DNA of 45,353 bases. Origin: Anaerolineae bacterium. Lineage in GTDB: Bacteria > Chloroflexota > Anaerolineae > S140-20. The stretch spans positions 1 to 45,353 of the forward strand of contig JALUTT010000063.1 of the NCBI GenBank assembly GCA_027021705.1, given 5' to 3'. The notes below the pieces were generated by a model. It was given only the letters and a program-made list of their open reading frames with translations, had not been told where the DNA came from and did not search any database. This document shows positions 28,582 to 37,851 of the stretch, piece after piece (positions within the stretch are counted from its first letter, which is position 1; each line of letters starts with the position of its first letter). The position numbers and the translations under genes are program-made.

Positions 28582-29550
28582 TCACTCGATGGGCACCAGC
28601 CAGCGCTCCCTCTCCGTACCCTCCACAGCCCAGCCGACCAGTCCCTTCCCGTCGTCCAACTTCCACCAGCGGTAGCCGTCGGCCTCCACCGGCCCCTCCA
28701 GGATGGTGACCTCGGCACCGCTGTCCAGCGTCCCGATGATCTCCGCCTGGGCTGAGGGCTCGGCCCGCACGTTCAAGTAGGCCCAGTCGGCCACCGTTAC
28801 CCGTGCCCGCCCGCCGACAGTGAGAGGGCCTGGGGTGGGGGTGGGGGTGCCGGCCGGCGTCGCCGTCGCTGTCAGCGTGACGGTGACCGTCACCGTCCCC
28901 GTCGGAGGAGCGGTGGTCGCTTCCAGAGCGCCCTCGGGCGTGGGAGTCGGCGAGGTCGTCATCCCCGGCGTAGGCCGGGGGGTGGCCTCGGCCACGGTGA
29001 GCGGTGGTCCCTCCCCGGCCCAGCCCACCGGCGTCAGCCAAGTCTGCCCTTGGAAGGCTTCCACAGCCCAGCCGACGAGCCCATCGTCGGTCCGCAGCTT
29101 CCACCAGCGAAACCCGTTGGCCTCGACGGGACCCTCCAGGACGTCGGCTTCGGTTCCTGGGGGCAGCTCGGCGAGGACCACGCCGGCCTCGCCCAGCGTC
29201 GGTTCCTGGCGCAGGTTCAGCGTTAACCCTTCGCCGATGGTTACCCGGACGCGGACACCGCTCTCTAGGGCTTCGGGCGTGGGACGTGGGGTGGGCGTGG
29301 CGGTAGGCGGCGGCACGGGGGTAGGGGTGGGTGGGATGGGCGTGGGCGAAGGCGAGGGTGAAGGAGGCAACAAGGGGGTGAGGGAGGGGGGTGGGGGCAT
29401 GGGCGAAGAGGTCGGGGTGGACGTGGGGGTCGCCTGGGGCGAGGCCCGACCCGAGAGGATGTAGGCAGCCCCGCCCAGGACGATGATGACCACGGTCAAC
29501 AAGATAAGGATCTGAACCCAGGGGATGCGCCTTCTCCTGCCGAAAGTCAT
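28582..29550 (-). CDS. Membrane-anchored protein with two bacterial SH3 domains and Pro/Thr-rich linkers
   Basis: N-terminal TM helix, then two repeats of LN(L/V)R.EP...LEGPVEA.G(F/Y)RWWKL...GWAVE. Confidence 0.85.
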   Translation of the reverse strand: MTFGRRRRIPWVQILILLTVVIIVLGGAAYILSGRASPQATPTSTPTSSPMPPPPSLTPLLPPSPSPSPTPIPPTPTPVPPPTATPTPRPTPEALESGVRVRVTIGEGLTLNLRQEPTLGEAGVVLAELPPGTEADVLEGPVEANGFRWWKLRTDDGLVGWAVEAFQGQTWLTPVGWAGEGPPLTVAEATPRPTPGMTTSPTPTPEGALEATTAPPTGTVTVTVTLTATATPAGTPTPTPGPLTVGGRARVTVADWAYLNVRAEPSAQAEIIGTLDSGAEVTILEGPVEADGYRWWKLDDGKGLVGWAVEGTERERWLVPIE

Positions 29551-29560
29551 TGGGGGCCTC

Positions 29561-30106
29561 CTACGATTCCTGGGGAGCCGGCGTCTCTTCCTCCGCCCGC
29601 TCCCGCACGGTCCAGGGAGCCGACTCCACCGAGCGGTTGGGGATCACGACGAGTAGTCCCTCTTCGTTGCGGATGCGGGTCTTGCGCAGGTCTATGGCCT
29701 CGATGACGCCGGTGACGCCGGCCGCTGTCACCGTGTACCCCACCTTGAAATCGGGGTCGGCGGCCAGGAAGACGCCGGCGATGATGTCGGCCGTGGTACC
29801 CGAGGCGCTGTTGGCAACGGCCAGGGCGACGAGGGCGATGGAGCCGGAGACGGCCAGAGCGACCTCGCTGAACCCCAACGTTCGCAGTGCGGCGGCGATA
29901 ATCAACACCCAGCCGGCGACCGTCACCATCGAGCGGCCCAAGGTGGCGATGGTCAGTTCCACGCCGGCCCGGCGCAGCATCGTGTGGACGAAACCGCTCA
30001 CCAGCTTGATGACGATCCAGCCACCGATGAGGGTGAGGACGAGGCTGGGGACACGGGCGAGGAAGAACTCGATCCAGGCCATGATCGTGCTTTGGAAGAA
30101 CTCCAT
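29561..30106 (-). CDS. Small-conductance mechanosensitive channel (MscS) family protein, short form
   Basis: Three TM helices, DIIAGVFL...FKVG, GVIEAIDLRKTRI and VIPN. Confidence 0.82.
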   Translation of the reverse strand: MEFFQSTIMAWIEFFLARVPSLVLTLIGGWIVIKLVSGFVHTMLRRAGVELTIATLGRSMVTVAGWVLIIAAALRTLGFSEVALAVSGSIALVALAVANSASGTTADIIAGVFLAADPDFKVGYTVTAAGVTGVIEAIDLRKTRIRNEEGLLVVIPNRSVESAPWTVRERAEEETPAPQES

Positions 30107-30122
30107 AGGGCACCTCCGAGGG

Positions 30123-30185
30123 ATCCTCCTGCAGGTTCCCCTAAACTAGGGCTGTCGCCGGACACCGCGTGACCTGCAGGAGGGT
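30123..30185. repeat. Hairpin element copy 3 (63 bp, internally shorter and inverted relative to copy 2)
   Basis: The reverse complement matches 7037-7080 at 39/44. Arms are ATCCTCCTGCAGGT and ACCTGCAGGAGGGT. Confidence 0.8.
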
Positions 30186-30239
30186 GCTAGATGTCTGGAT
30201 GGCGATTCAGGGTCAACGAGGCGACGAGGGATCCCCCGA

Positions 30240-32801
30240 TCATAGGATCTCGATCTGCGAGCCTTGGGGGGTCTTGGTCACCTGGATGCGCACAGGAAAA
30301 GCATCCCGCAGCTCTTCGATGTGGGTGATGACCAGGATGCGGGCAAAGTCGTCCTGGATGGCGTTGATCGCCTCCACCAGCCGCTGGCGGCCTTCGGGGT
30401 CCTGGCTACCAAACCCTTCGTCAATGACCAGTGTCTGAAGGCGGGCACCCGCCCGGCGGGCCAGCACCTGGGAGAGGGCCAGCCGGATGGCGAAGTTGAC
30501 GCGGAAAGCCTCGCCGCCGCTGAAGAGCTCGTAGGCCCGGGGACCGGCGCTGTCGGAGATGATGATCTCCAACGTCTCCTTGAGCCCGTCGCGGGTCTTG
30601 AGGGGGCGCTGGGTCTCGAAACGGACCGTCATCTCCCCACCGGTGAGGCGGGCCAGCAGCTCATTGGCCGTGGCCTCGATCTCCGGCAGCGCCTGCTCGA
30701 TGAGCATCGCTTGGATACCGTCCCGCCCGAAGGCCCGCTCCAACCGCTTGAGCCGCCCGATCGCCAGGGCCACTGCCTGACGTTTTGCCTCCAGACGGCG
30801 CTTCTGTTCTTGGAGGTCCTCGATGACGGCGACCCGCTGCTCGGCAGCCCCCAGGTGGCGGCGGGCTACTGCCTCCTCGGCCCGCAGCCGTTCCAGTTCG
30901 GCCTCCACCGTCGTCCGATCTACCACCATCCCCTGGGTCAACTGGTCCAACTGGGCCTGCGCCTCGGCCCGCTGGGCCTCCAAGCGGGCCACCTGGGCCT
31001 CTTGGTCGGTGATCTGACGGGCCAGGTCGGCCAGGGTGGTCTCCAAGGGAGCGATGGCGGCGCGGGCGTTCTGGAGCCGTTGGTAGGCCTCCGGCGCATC
31101 GGTCAGCGATTCCCACTCGCGCCGGGTTTCGGCGTGGGCTTCGGGATCGTAGCCGACGGCGGCGATGGCCGCCTCCAGTTCGGCCAGCCGGGCTTGGGCC
31201 TCGACGGCGTAACGGCCCTCGGCCAGCCGGGCTTCCAACTCCGCCAGATGGGGGGCTCCTTCCTGCTCCCACTCCTGGAGGGCCTGGGCGATCTCTTCTA
31301 GCCGCTGGCTCTGGACCGCTTCCTTGCGCTGGAGCTGGGGCTGCCGGCGCTCCAGGGGGCGGAGCCGGGCCAACTGTTGCTCTAGGGTCTTGACCTCCGC
31401 TTTGAGATGGTGCAGGCGCTGCTGGTTCTCCCGGTAGCGCTGGTTGACCGCCTCACCTTCGGCCTCGATCTGGGCGATCACCTCGGCCCGGTGGTCCTCG
31501 GTGAGGGGTTGGCCGCAGAGAGGACAGAGGCCGGCCTCCCCCTCGGCCCGCAGCGTCTCCAGCCGGCTGCGCAGCCGTTTCCCCTCCTCCGACAGCCGAT
31601 CCTGTTCCGCTTCCAGGACGGCGATCTCCTGGCGGCGCTGATCCCGCTGTTCCTGGAGGGCATCCCGCTGGGCCAACTGCTCTGTCACCTGGGCCAGCTC
31701 TTCGCGGACCTGGGCCAGCAGTGCGGTCACCGTCTCCCGCTCCTTCCGCATGCTTTCCACCCGGCGGGCTTGGCGCTGCAGTTGGAGCCGCTCCTGCTCC
31801 AGACGGGCCCGCTCCCCCTCGACGGCGAGGGCTGGCTCTTGGCGGGCTGCCTGGAGCCGACGGACCTCCTCGGCCTTGGTCTGCCACTCCCGCAGCCGGG
31901 CCTCGACCTCCTGCCAGCGGGCGTAACGGGCCTCGATCTCGGCAGCCTGGGCCAAGGCGGTCCGGTAACCCTCCAGTTCCGCCTGCCGGGCGCCCCGGGT
32001 CTCCTCCAGGCGAGCCAGTTGCTGGCGGGCCTGGACCAGGTGATCGGCCACGTTCTTCAGGAGGGCCTGCTGCTGGGCGATGGCCGCTTCGTAGGCCCGG
32101 ACCTGCTCCAGAAGCCGCTCCTGAGCGGCAATCTGCTGGCTCAGGGCCTCGACCCTGGCCCGGGCCTGTTGTAGGGCCTGCCGGCGCTGGGGCTCCTCGG
32201 CCAGCTCAGCCTCCACCTCCTGCAGACGGGCCTCCAGGAGGGCCAGAGAGCGCTCCTGGGTTCGGCGTCGGTTCCTCGCTTCCTCCTGATAGAGGTTCCA
32301 ACGGCTCAACCCCAGAATCTCGCCGAGAACCTCCTTCCGCTCGCCGGGCCGCTTAACGGTGAACTCATCGGCCCGCCCCTGGAGCAGGAAGCTGGCGTTG
32401 ATGAAGGTCTCGTAGCGCATCCGCAGCAGCCCCTCGATCTGCTCCTGGGTCTCCCGTTTGCGGGTGCCGGTCAGCGTCTTCCATCGGTCGTCACCCGCTT
32501 GGACCTGGAGCTCCAGGAGTCCGCCTTTGCCCCGGCGGCGCTGCCGGATGACCCGGTAGATGTTCCCTTCCAGGGCGAAGGTGAAGCGGACCTCGGCCTC
32601 GTCGGCTCCGCTGCTGATCAGGTCGTCGTCGGAGCGGGCGCGGGCCTTGCCGAAGAGGGCCCAGGTGATGGCGTCTAGGAGAGAGGATTTGCCAGCGCCG
32701 TTCTCGCCGGCAATGCAGGCAACCTTCAGGCCACGGAAGTCCAGGGTGGTCGGCTGACGGTAGGAGAGGAAGTTGGCGAGTTCCAGCTTCAGGGGGATCA
32801 T
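30240..32801 (-). CDS. sbcC: SbcC/Rad50-family SMC-like ATPase
   Basis: NFLSY, GENGAGKS, coiled coil with zinc hook CPLCGQ, FSGGE, IDEGFGSQD and ITH. Start at ATG 32801. Confidence 0.9.
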   Translation of the reverse strand: MIPLKLELANFLSYRQPTTLDFRGLKVACIAGENGAGKSSLLDAITWALFGKARARSDDDLISSGADEAEVRFTFALEGNIYRVIRQRRRGKGGLLELQVQAGDDRWKTLTGTRKRETQEQIEGLLRMRYETFINASFLLQGRADEFTVKRPGERKEVLGEILGLSRWNLYQEEARNRRRTQERSLALLEARLQEVEAELAEEPQRRQALQQARARVEALSQQIAAQERLLEQVRAYEAAIAQQQALLKNVADHLVQARQQLARLEETRGARQAELEGYRTALAQAAEIEARYARWQEVEARLREWQTKAEEVRRLQAARQEPALAVEGERARLEQERLQLQRQARRVESMRKERETVTALLAQVREELAQVTEQLAQRDALQEQRDQRRQEIAVLEAEQDRLSEEGKRLRSRLETLRAEGEAGLCPLCGQPLTEDHRAEVIAQIEAEGEAVNQRYRENQQRLHHLKAEVKTLEQQLARLRPLERRQPQLQRKEAVQSQRLEEIAQALQEWEQEGAPHLAELEARLAEGRYAVEAQARLAELEAAIAAVGYDPEAHAETRREWESLTDAPEAYQRLQNARAAIAPLETTLADLARQITDQEAQVARLEAQRAEAQAQLDQLTQGMVVDRTTVEAELERLRAEEAVARRHLGAAEQRVAVIEDLQEQKRRLEAKRQAVALAIGRLKRLERAFGRDGIQAMLIEQALPEIEATANELLARLTGGEMTVRFETQRPLKTRDGLKETLEIIISDSAGPRAYELFSGGEAFRVNFAIRLALSQVLARRAGARLQTLVIDEGFGSQDPEGRQRLVEAINAIQDDFARILVITHIEELRDAFPVRIQVTKTPQGSQIEIL

Positions 32802-32904
32802 CGTCCGATCGCCCTTTCCTCTGCGTGCTGGTGGCGAGCGCTGTCGTGAGCCGGGCCGGGGAGGGGAGAGCGCGTTGTCCCGCAAGCTCGCCGAAGGTGA
32901 GGAG

Positions 32905-32933
32905 ATTATGCCATTGATTGGGGAAGACGTCAA
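32905..32933 (-). promoter_or_regulatory. Putative sbcC promoter
   Basis: Minus strand TTGACG-17 nt-CATAAT with an extended TG. Confidence 0.6.
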
Positions 32934-33118
32934 GGCCCCCCTTGGCTACAAAACCCACGGCGGACGCGAAGAGCATCAAGAGTTCGAGCTCTCCTCGGAT
33001 GTGCACCGATCTGGAAACGCCAGTGCTGAGGGGCAGGGAAGCATTGGAAAGTTTCCACGTTCGGGTGTATAATCGGGGGGCGGAGGAGGAGCCGACCCGC
33101 AGCTATAGGAGGAGGCCG

Positions 33119-33643
33119 ATGGAGGAAGTCACCCGGGAGGTTCAGGAGACCCCCCAGGGGGAGGAGGATCGCTCCTATCCCCCCGATGTGGAGGCCGATC
33201 GGATCACCATCCGTATGGGCGGCGTGCGGACGGCCCGGGGTGAGGCCATCACCGTGCGCCAGGGAGGTATCCTCCAGGCCCAAGCCGACCAGATCCACCT
33301 CTCTCAGGGCGGTGTGGCAGTGGCCCGGGGGGAGCAGATCACCCTTACCGGTGGGGTTGCCTTAGGGATGGTCGCCCAGGAGGGCCGATTGGAGCAGAGC
33401 GCCGCCCGCCTCCTGCTGACCGGTCGGGCCTCGATGGAGCAGTCGGGAGCGGCCCTGATGGTCGCCGGTCAGGTGAAGGCCCGCAACAGCGGCACCATCT
33501 TTCTCATCGCCGGCCAGGTGAAGGGGGAGGTGCATGCCCTCTTCGGTACCCGGGCGGCGCTCGCCTTCGGGGCTGCCGCAGGAGCCGTGCTGGCTTTCCT
33601 GCTTTCCCGACGGCGCAAGAAGGAGTCACAAGATCAGAAGTGA
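33119..33643 (+). CDS. Hypothetical protein with ~15-aa periodic repeats (beta-solenoid-like) and a C-terminal membrane anchor
   Basis: SD AGGAGGAGG before ATG 33119. Repeats ITIRMGG/ITVRQGG/IHLSQGG/ITLTGG. Ends with a hydrophobic helix plus RRRKK. Confidence 0.75.
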   Translation: MEEVTREVQETPQGEEDRSYPPDVEADRITIRMGGVRTARGEAITVRQGGILQAQADQIHLSQGGVAVARGEQITLTGGVALGMVAQEGRLEQSAARLLLTGRASMEQSGAALMVAGQVKARNSGTIFLIAGQVKGEVHALFGTRAALAFGAAAGAVLAFLLSRRRKKESQDQK

Positions 33644-33663
33644 TCCCACAAGGAGCAGGCGCG

Positions 33664-34614
33664 ATGAAACGATGGTGGACGTCCCTCTTCTTTCTGCTGC
33701 TGATCCTGGCGATGCTGCCGGCGCTGGTGGTCATCGGAGCTGCCCTCTTCCTGGCTCGGATGATGATCCGGCCCCGACGGCTGCCCCTCCGGCACACCCC
33801 CCGAGATGTGGGGCTGGACTACGAGGCGGTCCACTTCGATTCTGACGACGGCCTCTACCTGGATGGCTGGTTCATCCCGGCCCCCGGCGACGGCCCCCGT
33901 CCGGCTGTCGTGATCGCCCACGGCTGGCCTTGGAACCGGGCGGGGACGCCGGCCCAGGACTTCTTCGCCCGGCTCACCCAATCGCCCCCCATTGACCTGC
34001 TCAGACCCGCCCAGGCGCTGCACCAAGCCGGCTTCCACGTCCTGATGTTCGACTTTCGCAACCACGGCTTGAGCGGCTCGGCCCCCTACCTGACCTTCGG
34101 ACGGGACGAGGCGGCGGACCTGATGGGCGCGGTGCGCTACCTCCGCCGGCGCCCCGATGTGGACCCGGCTCGGGTCGGGGTCCTGGGCTTCTCGATGGGG
34201 GGCAACGCGGTGGTCTTCGCCTGCGCCCGGGACGACGAGCAGGCGATCCGGGCAGCCGTGGCGGTCCAGCCCGTCCGCCCCTCCGTCTTCGCCCCCCGCT
34301 TCGCGGCCACCCTGCTGGGCCCCCTGGCCGAGCCGACGCTGAGGCTGGCCCTGCGCCTCTACCACCGGGCCGGTGGCCCGCTGTTGGAGGAGGTGGACCC
34401 GACCTTGGTGGGTGACCTGGTCTCGACGCCCATCTTCTACCTCCAGGGGAACGGGGATCCGTGGGGGACGGTGCGGGACGTGCGCCGGCTCTACGAGCAG
34501 GCGACCGGCCCCAAGCAGATCAAGATCGTCCCCACCCAGGACCGCTACGGAGGCTACCTCTACCTGGGCGACCACCCCGAGGAGATGGTCGCCTTCTTTC
34601 AGAAACACCTGTAG
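33664..34614 (+). CDS. Alpha/beta fold hydrolase with an N-terminal TM segment
   Basis: GWFIP, AHG, FDFRNHGLS, nucleophile elbow GFSMGG and QGNGD. Confidence 0.88.
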   Translation: MKRWWTSLFFLLLILAMLPALVVIGAALFLARMMIRPRRLPLRHTPRDVGLDYEAVHFDSDDGLYLDGWFIPAPGDGPRPAVVIAHGWPWNRAGTPAQDFFARLTQSPPIDLLRPAQALHQAGFHVLMFDFRNHGLSGSAPYLTFGRDEAADLMGAVRYLRRRPDVDPARVGVLGFSMGGNAVVFACARDDEQAIRAAVAVQPVRPSVFAPRFAATLLGPLAEPTLRLALRLYHRAGGPLLEEVDPTLVGDLVSTPIFYLQGNGDPWGTVRDVRRLYEQATGPKQIKIVPTQDRYGGYLYLGDHPEEMVAFFQKHL

Positions 34615-34615
34615 T

Positions 34616-34665
34616 AGGCAGCCACGAGGGCAAGGGGCAGTAAGGACGGCCCTCGTGGTTTGCCT
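34616..34665. terminator. Imperfect inverted repeat after the hydrolase gene
   Basis: AGGCAGCCACGAGGGC ... GCCCTCGTGGTTTGCCT. Confidence 0.55.
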
Positions 34666-34688
34666 CTCCTTTCGACCTATGTTATACT
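34660..34688 (+). promoter_or_regulatory. Putative promoter for the antitoxin-like gene
   Basis: TTGCCT-17 nt-TATACT with an extended TG. Confidence 0.55.
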
Positions 34689-34755
34689 TGGTCACGCGGT
34701 GTCGTACCCCATCCCCACATCTGTAGTGGGGACGGTTAGGGTTCTCAAGACAGGG

Positions 34756-35169
34756 ATGGATTGCAGTATGGAGAGAGAGAGGACCTCCAGACGGGTGGAA
34801 CGCATAGCGGCACTCCTCGAGGCCTGCACATCGGAGGAGCTGGTTCAGCTCGTCGAACTGGTGCCCCGGCTTCGGGAAGCTCAACGCCTTGCGGAAGTGG
34901 AAGAAGAAGCCGTTGAACATTTCCGGCGTGTGCTGGCCCGCAAACGGGGTGGTACACCTCTAGCGCTGGACGAGCCCTTTCTAGGTGGGCTGACCTACGG
35001 AGAGTACCTGGCCCTTTCGCCCCAGGCGGAAGATGCTCTCTGGGAACGGCTTTTCGCAGAGGCCGAAGAGGCCCTAGAGGACCTAAAGGAGACCGATGTC
35101 CAGCCCGACGCCCGCCTGCCCATCCACTGGCAGGCCAAGCGCGGGCGCGAGTCTGGCTCCACTACTTGA
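34756..35169 (+). CDS. Hypothetical acidic helical protein, antitoxin-like
   Basis: Small ORF (ATG 34756 or 34768) upstream of a PIN-like gene; acidic C-terminal part. Function inferred from position only. Confidence 0.6.
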   Translation: MDCSMERERTSRRVERIAALLEACTSEELVQLVELVPRLREAQRLAEVEEEAVEHFRRVLARKRGGTPLALDEPFLGGLTYGEYLALSPQAEDALWERLFAEAEEALEDLKETDVQPDARLPIHWQAKRGRESGSTT

Positions 35170-35194
35170 CACCTCGGAGTCGCTGTGGTATAAT
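35166..35194 (+). promoter_or_regulatory. Consensus sigma70 promoter
   Basis: TTGACA-17 nt-TATAAT with an extended TG. Confidence 0.8.
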
Positions 35195-35308
35195 ACACCT
35201 GTCTGCAAGGGCTGGAGCACTGCGATGTAATTTCAGCAATTGTTTTTTGGATAACCCATTGCCTATTTAACCACCTTCTGAATTTATTCAATAATTCCTG
35301 ACATTAAT

Positions 35309-35350
35309 TCCCCCCCTATATTGCTTAGGCTAGGGGGGGATTTCTTTTCT
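35309..35350 (+). terminator. Intrinsic terminator
   Basis: 10-bp stem TCCCCCCCTA / TAGGGGGGGA followed by TTTCTTTTCT. Confidence 0.7.
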
Positions 35351-35572
35351 ACCATTTGGATCCATTGACCATAATCCTACGTTCTGCAGCTCAGGCCGGG
35401 GGAGTGAGAATGTTTCCCAATTGATCGGCGCACAAGCGATCAAATCATCAATCATCCACATTTCTGTAGCATCTTTGCGGGATTGAACATCCTGTTCAAT
35501 ATAATTCCTTTATTTGCGGTAATTATTGTTTGCTTGATAACAACTACAAAAAACTAAAAAGAGGAGGATAAT

Positions 35573-36100
35573 ATGAAACTCCTCTATTTACTTGACAAGA
35601 ACACTATCCGCAGAGCAATCAGCGGATCTGTGAAGTTCCAAATCGGAATCAGGATGACGGCAACGGAACGAGAGGCCCTTGCGTTCTTCTACCGGGCACA
35701 GCAGGTTGGCGCTGCGCTCTTTATGACGCCTGAGAGCTTCCACGTGCTGCAACGTATTCCTCCCCGACCGGAAATTGAGCTATTCCTAGAAAGGGTCCAA
35801 GTGCTATCACGCAGCCGGTACTACAAACGCTGGGCCCGCCGTCTTCGGGGGTATGGCTTCACCCGAGAGGATGCCAAGGTGCTGAGCCTGGGCACCTTCA
35901 GCACCGATGACGTTGGAAGCTTCCTGGGGGTGGATGCCATTGTGACCATGGATCAAGCCCTTATTAACCACTTCTACGGCCAATTCGATTCACTCCAGGA
36001 CCGATTAGCCTCTATGACGGCTCAACTGCCAGAACCCTATTGCTACGCTCAATTGCCGGATCTCGTACGTCCATCACAGGTGCTTCGATCCTGGCTTTGA
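35573..36100 (+). CDS. PIN-like domain hypothetical protein
   Basis: YLLDKN, TPES, REDAKVL and IVTMD fit PIN acidic spacing; SD GAGGAGG. Confidence 0.65.
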   Translation: MKLLYLLDKNTIRRAISGSVKFQIGIRMTATEREALAFFYRAQQVGAALFMTPESFHVLQRIPPRPEIELFLERVQVLSRSRYYKRWARRLRGYGFTREDAKVLSLGTFSTDDVGSFLGVDAIVTMDQALINHFYGQFDSLQDRLASMTAQLPEPYCYAQLPDLVRPSQVLRSWL

Positions 36101-36135
36101 GGGTCAGTCCTTGTAGCAAGTAACCACAAGAACCG

Positions 36136-36158
36136 GGGGCAGCCACAACGGCTGCCCC
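36136..36158. terminator. Palindrome between convergent genes
   Basis: GGGGCAGCC-ACAAC-GGCTGCCCC. Confidence 0.55.
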
Positions 36159-36168
36159 TGCGCCCTCT

Positions 36169-37851
36169 TTACCCCTGGATCCGGAAGTGCCAGGGGCAGA
36201 GGGTCAGCACCGGGTCCCGGAAGAGCGCCTCAACCCCCTCCCGGAGCTCCTGGAGCACCATGCCGGTGGACCGGGCCGACGCCAGAAGGGGCAACGGGAG
36301 GGGGAGCTGAGGCATCATCCCGAAGGACCAGATGGGCACCCACCGCTCCGGGTCTAGGCCGGCCAGTTCCTTGGCCCGGGCCAACGCCACCTCGAAGTCC
36401 CCCAGCTCGTCCACCAGCCCCCGCTCCTGCGCTTGCTGGCCGGTCCACACCCGCCCCCGCCCGACCGTATCCACCGCCTCCCGATCCATCCCCCGCCCCT
36501 CGGCCACGTGGGCCACGAACCGCGCGTAGGTGTCCTCCAACTGGGCCCGCAGCTTCCGGCGCTCCTGAGGGCTGAAGGGGGCCGCGTCGTGGAAAAGGGC
36601 AGCCGCCTCCCCCCGGGTCAGCACCTCCCGCCCCGCCCGCAGCTTCCGCAGGAGGCCGGCGCTGACCACCTTGCCGCCCAGGACGCCGATGGAGCCGGTA
36701 AGGGTGCCCGGCTGGGCGACGATGGCCTTGGCGCCGGCAGCGACGTAGTACCCTCCCGAGGCGGCGACATCCCCCATGTAGACGACCACCGGCTTGCGGC
36801 GTCCCAGGCGCACCACCTCCCGCGCGATCATCGCCGAGGCCAGGGCCGACCCGCCGGGGGAGTCCACGTAGAGGACGACGGCCGCCACCCGCTCCTCGCG
36901 GGCCGCCCGACGCAGGGCCCGGATCACCGTCTCGGTCCCCGCCTGGTCGCCGACGAGGGGGAGGGGGAAGGGGAGGCGACGGCTCTCCCCCAGCACGATG
37001 GTCCCTTCCACCGGAACCAGCCCGATCGCCGAAGCAGGCCGCCAGCGGCGGGGGCGCTTCACCCAGCGCCGGGCCGCCGACCAGGGGATCACGGTCCCCG
37101 ACTCCTCCAGGTGGGCTTCCACCTCGTCCTCGAAGCGCACGGCATCTACCAGGCCGGCCTCCTGGGCCTGCTCCGCCGTCATCGGCATCCCGTTGATGAT
37201 CGCCTCCACCTCCTCCTCGGACAGGTTGCGGGCGCGGGCGATGGTCTCGACCACCCAGCGGTAGAGGGCGTCCAGCAGCGCGTTGAGCATCTCCCGGTGG
37301 GCCTCGCTCATCTCCGCCCGGCGCAGGATGTCGCCCGCCGTCTTGTACTCGGCGATGGCCTCGATCTCCGCCTCGATCCCCGCCAGCGCCAGCGTCTCCT
37401 TGAGGAAGAAGGCTTCCATCAACAGACCGGCGACGTGGAGGGCCGCTCCCGGCGGCACGACGATCTCGTCGGCAACCGAGGCCAGCGCATAGGTGTAGGT
37501 GCCCAGGGAGGGAGCGTAGACGATCACCCGCTTGCCCGAGCGGCGGAAGCGCTCCACCGCCCGGCGCAGGCTCTGCACCCGGGCCGGCGCCAGGTCAAGC
37601 CCCTTGAGATGCAGGACGATGCCCCGGACGCGGTTGTCGGCGGCCAGCCGTTCCAGGACCGCGTTGAGCGCTTCCAGGCTCATCGCTCCCCCCGTCCAGC
37701 GGCGGGGGAGCCAGCGGAAGGGGCGGGGCCGGCTCCGCTCCGGGAAGGGGCCGCTCAGGGACAGGAGAACGTAGTCCAACCCCTGCCGCTTTAGGGAGCG
37801 CCGGGCGTTGTCCAGCCCCCAACCGAGGAGGCCCCAAGCGTTCTTCACCAC
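36169..37851 (-). CDS. sppA: Signal peptide peptidase SppA (long form, S49)
   Basis: EYKTA, VDSPGGS, AASGGYYVA, TGSIGV and GRVWTG motifs. Start uncertain: GTG 37851 after GGAGAGG, or ATG 37914. Confidence 0.9.
   Translation of the reverse strand: MVKNAWGLLGWGLDNARRSLKRQGLDYVLLSLSGPFPERSRPRPFRWLPRRWTGGAMSLEALNAVLERLAADNRVRGIVLHLKGLDLAPARVQSLRRAVERFRRSGKRVIVYAPSLGTYTYALASVADEIVVPPGAALHVAGLLMEAFFLKETLALAGIEAEIEAIAEYKTAGDILRRAEMSEAHREMLNALLDALYRWVVETIARARNLSEEEVEAIINGMPMTAEQAQEAGLVDAVRFEDEVEAHLEESGTVIPWSAARRWVKRPRRWRPASAIGLVPVEGTIVLGESRRLPFPLPLVGDQAGTETVIRALRRAAREERVAAVVLYVDSPGGSALASAMIAREVVRLGRRKPVVVYMGDVAASGGYYVAAGAKAIVAQPGTLTGSIGVLGGKVVSAGLLRKLRAGREVLTRGEAAALFHDAAPFSPQERRKLRAQLEDTYARFVAHVAEGRGMDREAVDTVGRGRVWTGQQAQERGLVDELGDFEVALARAKELAGLDPERWVPIWSFGMMPQLPLPLPLLASARSTGMVLQELREGVEALFRDPVLTLCPWHFRIQG

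Noticed and set aside
33045..33057. LacI-type operator TGGAAAGTTTCCA
   Set aside because: It lacks the central CG of typical LacI-family sites and no cognate regulator is nearby, so support is insufficient.
35485..35497. LexA/SOS box GAAC-N4-GTTC
   Set aside because: The spacer is 5 nt (GAACATCCTGTTC); treated as a simple hairpin.
35330..35510. IS6-like transposase remnant on the minus strand (NYIEQD...)
   Set aside because: Only a short motif resemblance; the rest of the frame is not transposase-like and no IS ends are visible.
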